Shown here piece after piece: positions 37,569-44,050 of a stretch of 44,050 nt of DNA. The notes beneath the pieces were generated by a model. It had not been told where the DNA came from, did no database searches, and saw nothing but the letters and a program-made list of their open reading frames with translations. The stretch's first letter is position 1. Every line of letters starts with the position of its first letter. Where the stretch lies: the NCBI RefSeq assembly GCF_001194135.2, contig NC_068986.1, positions 33,680,132 to 33,724,181 of the forward strand, read 5' to 3'. The translations under genes and the position numbers were made by a program. Origin of the DNA: Octopus bimaculoides. Taxonomy: Eukaryota.

Positions 37569-39048
37569 AAGGAAAAATGATATCCTGCTGGTAACATCTG
37601 GAGTGTCGTTAAAACGATGAGATATCGATGCAGAAAAATAAGTAAGATCGATTAAATTATTAAATCATATTTATTGTTATTTAGACTCAGCTCAGTTCTG
37701 GTCATAGATCTACGATTAACGTCGTTCCTGCTGTGACTATCAGTCTTTCTTTTGTGGAACATAGGATATTCACCCTTATAAAGAAATCATACTTGGTCTT
37801 TTCTTTTAAGTAAAAATTAATATTCAGAACACCTTTTTTGGCGAGCTTCATAAAATAAGAAAACCGTTATTGAAAATCGCAGGTGGTGGCACCAGGTCGA
37901 TTCCTGGTCGAAGTCTTTATTTTCCTCAATAAACTGAGAAAAGATATAAACGTGTTTCCGGCCATGATGCTTTTTTCCTGATATATAAAGCGTCTCTGAT
38001 CAATCAGAAGAAACGTTTATTAGTTCGGACTTTTGCATTATGTAGATGGCTTAACATACTTCAAGGCTGGAATACATTTATTTTCGTCGCCACGCCTCTG
38101 AATCTAACCGTTTTTTTTCTTTTTTCTTTTGTTTTTTGTATTTTGTATTTTGTTTTATCTCTGATATTCATATAATAAGCAGCAGAATTATACTTGGGTC
38201 GAGTTAATCGTCGATCGCGTCCTCACCGATATTATTTTAAGCAACCGAAAATTATAACAGTGATCCGATTTTGATTTCTGCTTAGAACCTCTCCACTTAC
38301 GTTGCTAATAATTAATAATGCTTTTGAGAAGAAACATAAACGTCTTCCTATAAATTCATTTCCTTGACCTTACAAATCAATTCTGTTGAATCAGTTACTT
38401 ACGCTCTACTTTGGGCAACTTTAACGTGGATCTGATCTCGAATCTCATTTACAAGTGTTTACTCTAACTTGTTTAATACACTTGGGAAAGTCTTCTTTTT
38501 TTCCAAATTGAGATCAATATTTCTCATTACCCCCACATTCTGTATAATCCTGCTCAGATCTTTTCCCATACAATAACCACATTGCCCTAATCTTTGCTCT
38601 ATGTATCGGCCAGCTATCATATCCACAATGATCTGATTGCTGTTCTAGACAGATTTTCCTAACTTCCAGGTTTAAATTTACATATTTCCCCCACACTTCG
38701 AAACTTCCACTCTATCCACTCTATCCCATCATCTTTTATCTCATTGCACAGAGATGAATGGAATGCTATAGACTTACTAGCAGGCAGCACTTTCGTCTCT
38801 CATCAAATAAGTGCTTTTAGTATAGTGAAAAATCAACAATTGTTATTTAATTGCCTTAAACCTTGCTTTGTTTATTGACTATTGTATCTATAATGGCAGA
38901 GTTGCGTTTCTAGATATCATTTCATAATTTCCTACATCATTAATCTTTTTCTCTTCTTCACCATTTTTCCCTTTTGTTCTTCTTTAGTATCCTATTCCCC
39001 TTGTTGTCTGTCTTTATTATCTCTTCCTTCTCTTACTTTCTCTCTCTC

Positions 39049-39115
<67 letters not shown>

Positions 39116-39543
39116 ATCTCTCTCTCTCTCTCTCTCTCTCGCTCTCTCTCCTATACTGCCACCCTCTCTTTCTTTCGATGGTTATATTGCATTCAAAGCT
39201 ATCTACTACAAGAGCACTGACACCAGGGCACCTTTAATACGTTCTCCACTACTGCACACATGTAAGGTTTGTGTGAAGCAGAATTTTCAGTAAGCTCCGT
39301 TCAGCCAACACCAGTTACTTAATTTATCACTTTCTGCGAACAGATACTCATTAAAAATATTTTATAAAGCAGACCTTCAGTCACTGGCGCATATAATGAT
39401 ATATTCTTCACTTCCAAATCAAGATTTTTATCTTTACCAAAACAGGATCAGACTTATGAGAGATCCATCGGAAACCATAGCTATATTTCCCTTTCGGCAT
39501 GATACACTTGTCCAGTATAGAAAATAAAGTAAAGTTCCTGCGT

Positions 39544-39757
39544 GAATCATAGAATCATAAGGGCTGATTTCCGGTTTCCCGGTTTCCGGGACGCCGATCC
39601 ACCACAGGATTACTCATTTTTACCAGCTGAGTGGACTGGAGCAACGTGAAATGAAATATTTTGCACAAGAACGCAACGCATCGCACAGTCCAGGAATCGA
39701 AACCACAATCTTACGATCATGGGTCCAATACCCTAACCGCTAAGCCTTGCGCCTCCC
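39544..39757 (-). mobile_element. tRNA-derived SINE (probably internally deleted) with (TATGATTC)n tail
   Basis: Reverse complement: gaggcgcaaggcttagcggttaggg (A box), ggtttcgattcctgg (B box), ttcacgttgctccagtccactcagctg, tail atgattctatgattc. Confidence 0.82.
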
Positions 39758-40140
39758 TCTAGCCCAGACCGCAATATGAGAGAAAATATATATTAGTTTA
39801 AATATATAACGTTTCATAATTAAACAATACTAACATATCCAAGCCTTAAAAATACACACAGGTTCTTCTACGCATTTAGACTAAATCCCTGATAAGTACC
39901 CTATTTTACAATATCTTGCCTTAAATCTTCTTCCAATAAAGAAGTAGCTGTTCCTTATTGTAAGCAATGTCTCCCGGAGAAGTTCATCCGCCTGCATAAT
40001 ACAAACTTGCTCAAACTTGATATGAACTTTTTTTTTATTCTTACAAAGTCACCTCATTTCTACTTTCTTTTTGCAATGACTAGCATCAATGGAGTTGACG
40101 TTTCCCAATCTTTCTGAAACCGTCAGCAAGAAACTACGTC

Positions 40141-40262
40141 ACTTTGCCTTTCATCCTTTCGGGGTCGATAAATTAAGTACCAGTTACGCACTGGGGTCGA
40201 TGTAATTGGCTTAATCCCTTTGTCTGTCCTTGTTTGTCCCCTTGTGAGCAATAAAGAATTAA
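40141..40262 (+). mobile_element. SINE family A core plus variant 3' end (5'-truncated)
   Basis: actttgcctttcatcctttcggggtcgataaattaagtaccagttacgcactggggtcgatgtaat is a near-perfect family core. Confidence 0.85.
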
Positions 40263-40285
40263 GAAACTACGCAGTTAAAACCTTC

Positions 40286-40289
<4 letters not shown>

Positions 40290-40327
<38 letters not shown>

Positions 40328-40600
40328 GCTCTCTCTCTTTCTCTCACTCTCCCAGTCTCTCTTTTTCCCTCTCTCTCTTTTTCCCTCTCTCTCACTCGCT
40401 CTTTTTTCTCTCTCTCCCTCTCTCTCTCCCTCTCTCTCTCAGTCTCTCTTTTCTTTCTCTCCCTCTCTCACTTTTTCTCTCTCTCACTGTCTCTTTCTCT
40501 CTCTCAGTCCCACTTTCTCTCTCTCGCTCTTTCTCTCTCTCGCTCTTTCTCTCTCTCTCTAACTCTCTCTTTTTTACCTCTCTCCATCACACACATACAC
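40290..40600. repeat. Imperfect (CT)n polypyrimidine tract (similar tract at 39040-39150)
   Basis: Directly visible. Confidence 0.92.
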
Positions 40601-41181
40601 ACGCACACACGCATGCATACACACCCGCACACAGAACGACTCTAACACTTTTTAATTTATCTGGTACTTACTCTATCGGTCTCGAGGAGAACATAACACG
40701 AAACACGTGCACATAGATACACACGCACTCAGACACACACACACAGACACACGCACACACACAAACACACACACACTCACACGCACGCACGCACACACAC
40801 ATACACATACACATGCGCACCCGTGTACACACATACATGCATGTATACAATTAGATTTTAAGAAGTTCCAACCTTGAAAAACGGCCACGAATTCCTAACA
40901 AGTCATTCTTTAAGTTCTTCAAAAGCGAAGACATATTGGATAATGTACTCCTAAATGTAAAATAGTTGAAAGAATATCTCTGCGTATGTATTTATGCACA
41001 TATGTATGAATGTGTATGTGTGTCTTGTGTATGTATGTATGTATGTATGTAGTAAAAATAGCAGTAGAACTCGGAAACGATTAACAGAAAATGTTAGACA
41101 AAGAAGTCCTCTCATCAGCCATGGAGACCAGAATTCCCATAGTTTCGACATGTTCAAGAACTATATATACAGGCATATATG

Positions 41182-41256
<75 letters not shown>

Positions 41257-41632
41257 NNNNNNNNNNNNNNNNNNNNNNNNNNNNNNNNNNNNNNNNNNNN
41301 NNNNNNNNNNNNNNNNNNNNNNNNNNNNNNNNNNNNNNNNNNNNNNNNNNNNNNNNNNNNNNNNNNNNNNNNNNNNNNNNNNNNNNNNNNNNNNNNNNNN
41401 NNNNNNNNNNNNNNNNNNNNNNNNNNNNNNNNNNNNNNNNNNNNNNNNNNNNNNNNNNNNNNNNNNNNNNNNNNNNNNNNNNNNNNNNNNNNNNNNNNNN
41501 NNNNNNNNNNNNNNNNNNNNNNNNNNNNNNNNNNNNNNNNNNNNNNNNNNNNNNNNNNNNNNNNNNNNNNNNNNNNNNNNNNNNNNNNNNNNNNNNNNNN
41601 NNNNNNNNNNNNNNNNNNNNNNNNNNNNNNNN

Positions 41633-41693
<61 letters not shown>

Positions 41694-42277
41694 GAAAGGG
41701 TATATACGTATATACACCACTGACTTTCACTTAGAATTTTCTTAACCCTGCAAAACTTCACCAATATCATAAACGCTGATCGAATGAAACTAGAGCGATG
41801 TGTAAGAATAGAAGAATAACAGAACACTGAATCAACATTCTCATATTGCAGCTGTTGATAGATATCGTATTAAATGATATGTACGACGTGAAATTACACA
41901 CATACCCACAAACAAACACATATACACACATACACACACATACACACACAAATCACAATGCTCTCACATAAACAGATATACACAGCTACATAAGCAATCT
42001 CACACATATATAAACATATATACGCACTCACACGCACACATACATATACATGTAAGTATAAATAAATATATATACATATACATATATATGCCTACATAAA
42101 AAAAACAAAATGTATATATATACTAACGTATATGTATATATGTGTATATACACACAAATATGTGGTAGGTATCCATTTGTATGTGTCGATAGGTAGGGTG
42201 TATTTGTGTGTCTGTGTGTGTGAACGAAGTGTTTGTCTGTATCTATGTAAGCATGTATGTGTATAAATAAATACACG

Positions 42278-42336
<59 letters not shown>

Positions 42337-42456
42337 GTATAAAATATACGTAAAAAACTCACATTATCTTTACTATTTCGTTTGCTTAGTAAACGGAAAA
42401 TTATTTTTTAGCCTCGTATTAGTTTATTATCAACAACATCGATGTCCTCATTATTT

Positions 42457-42625
42457 TCTTCTTCTTCTTCTTCTTCTTCTTCTTCTTCTTCTTCTTCTTC
42501 TTCTTCTTCTTCTTCTTCTTCTTCTTCTTCTTCTTCTTCTTCTTCTCCTTCTCCTCCTCCTTCTTCTTCTTCTAAGCCGAGAGTACGTATGTATGCATGT
42601 ATGTATGTATGTATGTATGTATGAA
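42457..42625. repeat. (TTC)n followed by (TATG)n
   Basis: Directly visible. Confidence 0.95.
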
Positions 42626-43025
42626 GGGATTTATGAATGCTCATATACATCATGTCTGTGTGTGCATGGTTATTTCGATCTTGTTTCACTGTTCGCCATA
42701 GTTGCAGTCCCCTCACAGTCTTATCTCTGATTGTCTTCACAGAATACATTTATAAATTACAACTGACGGTTCCAACTTAGAGTGAAGCAACTCTATAACT
42801 GTTTATATAGACGCATGTGTGCGTTTATCATTCTTTGCGTGTGATTATTTGGGAGTATGTATATGTATCTGTTGTGTGTGTCTGCTTTCATGTATGCAAA
42901 TGTGTTTTAGTGTAAAGTATGTGGGTGAGTGTGTCTGACATTTTCCCTGCGTGTTTCACTTAACCATGTATTGTATATGTGCATATTTTTACAGTGAAGC
43001 GTCTTAATAAAGATGCATAAGAGCA

Positions 43026-43026
43026 A

Positions 43027-43087
<61 letters not shown>

Positions 43088-43100
43088 CAGATAGATAGAC

Positions 43101-43160
<60 letters not shown>
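43026..43160. repeat. (GATA)n directly abutting the mariner MITE
   Basis: Directly visible. Confidence 0.95.
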
Positions 43161-43161
<1 letters not shown>

Positions 43162-43370
43162 CGAGGTGGGTGAAAAGTTCCTGGCTTTGAATAAAAGAAA
43201 ATATAGGAGGATCGGTTAATTATGTTCAACATATTCCCCTCTCAGATTCACACGCTTATTGCAGCGGTCCTTCAGTTTTTCTGAGCCCTGTAAAAGGACT
43301 TGGAAGATTGGGCTCCAACATGGCTTTCGCAATACCCGTAAAGCCAGGACGTTTTCAGCCCCCCCCCCCC
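43162..43370 (-). mobile_element. Mariner-derived MITE retaining the transposase C-terminal codons; right end lost in a gap
   Basis: TA|CGAGGTGGGTGAAAAGTTCCTGGCTTT and AAAGCCAGGACGTTTTCAGCCCCCCC are inverted repeats. The minus strand reads [23 protein letters not shown], like the mariner tail L..RW.KC....GDYVE. Confidence 0.85.
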
Positions 43371-43440
43371 NNNNNNNNNNNNNNNNNNNNNNNNNNNNNN
43401 NNNNNNNNNNNNNNNNNNNNNNNNNNNNNNNNNNNNNNNN

Positions 43441-43501
<61 letters not shown>

Positions 43502-44050
43502 TATACATATGTGTGTCTGCGTATGCACGCATGTATGTGCATGTACGTGATTCAAGATATGTGCGTGTGTGTGTGTGTTTGAGTATATACGACTTTAACT
43601 TTAAAATTGAGCACTCAAAATCGCTCAGTATAGACATAGTTCGATATATATATATACATATACATATACATATATATATGTCGGTATGCACATACCTGTA
43701 CGTATATATGCATATACTCATTTACTATTTGTTTTTACATGACTCCAATTTGTAAGTAGTTTTCGTAACTTCATATTTTCCGACGCTACTCTTTCTCTTT
43801 CTCTTCCTCTTTCATTTTTCCCCCTCTCGTTCTTCCTCTGTTACTACTACGTATCTCTTTTTTCCCCTTCGTACTTCCTCTCTTTCTCTTTTCCTCTCGT
43901 TACTCACCTATTTTTCTACTTCCTCCCTTTGTTTCTCCCTCTACCACTCTCTCTCTCTTCCCCTTACACCGGCATGGTCACATGCTTCCGGTCAATAATC
44001 CTTTTCTTCCTTGGCTATCGCCGAGCAAACACGCGAACTACTTCTTCCCT

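Noticed and set aside
38460-38640. Minus frame QRLGQCGYCMGKDLSRIIQNV...KKTFPSVL resembling an RTE ORF C-terminus
   Set aside because: The similarity to RLRWxGHVxRM...RPxKTW is too weak to call without an alignment search.

Overview
Eukaryotic, AT-rich, mostly non-coding DNA packed with microsatellites and interrupted by 13 N gaps, each with a simple repeat on at least one side. The SINE families and simple-repeat density point to an octopus (coleoid cephalopod) draft assembly; this is an inference from recalled repeat families, not a database match. I recognise no named host gene, rRNA, true tRNA or CRISPR array. Almost all ORFs in the supplied track are translations of microsatellites or N runs. 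Supported features are transposable-element relics: a Helitron helicase fragment, an RLE-type non-LTR 3' end, an RTE endonuclease fragment, two Penelope-like 3' ends, about a dozen tRNA-derived SINE copies or modules, and hAT, mariner and Tigger-like MITEs. The most striking object is at 34773-35085: a Pol III (tRNA-like) head, an (AAT)n linker and a Penelope-type tail carrying a structurally intact minimal hammerhead ribozyme. A cluster of phase-compatible short + strand exon candidates at 36015-37257 can be joined into a 100-aa ORF, and several microexon candidates also lie on +. All of these splice models were read by eye and are low confidence.
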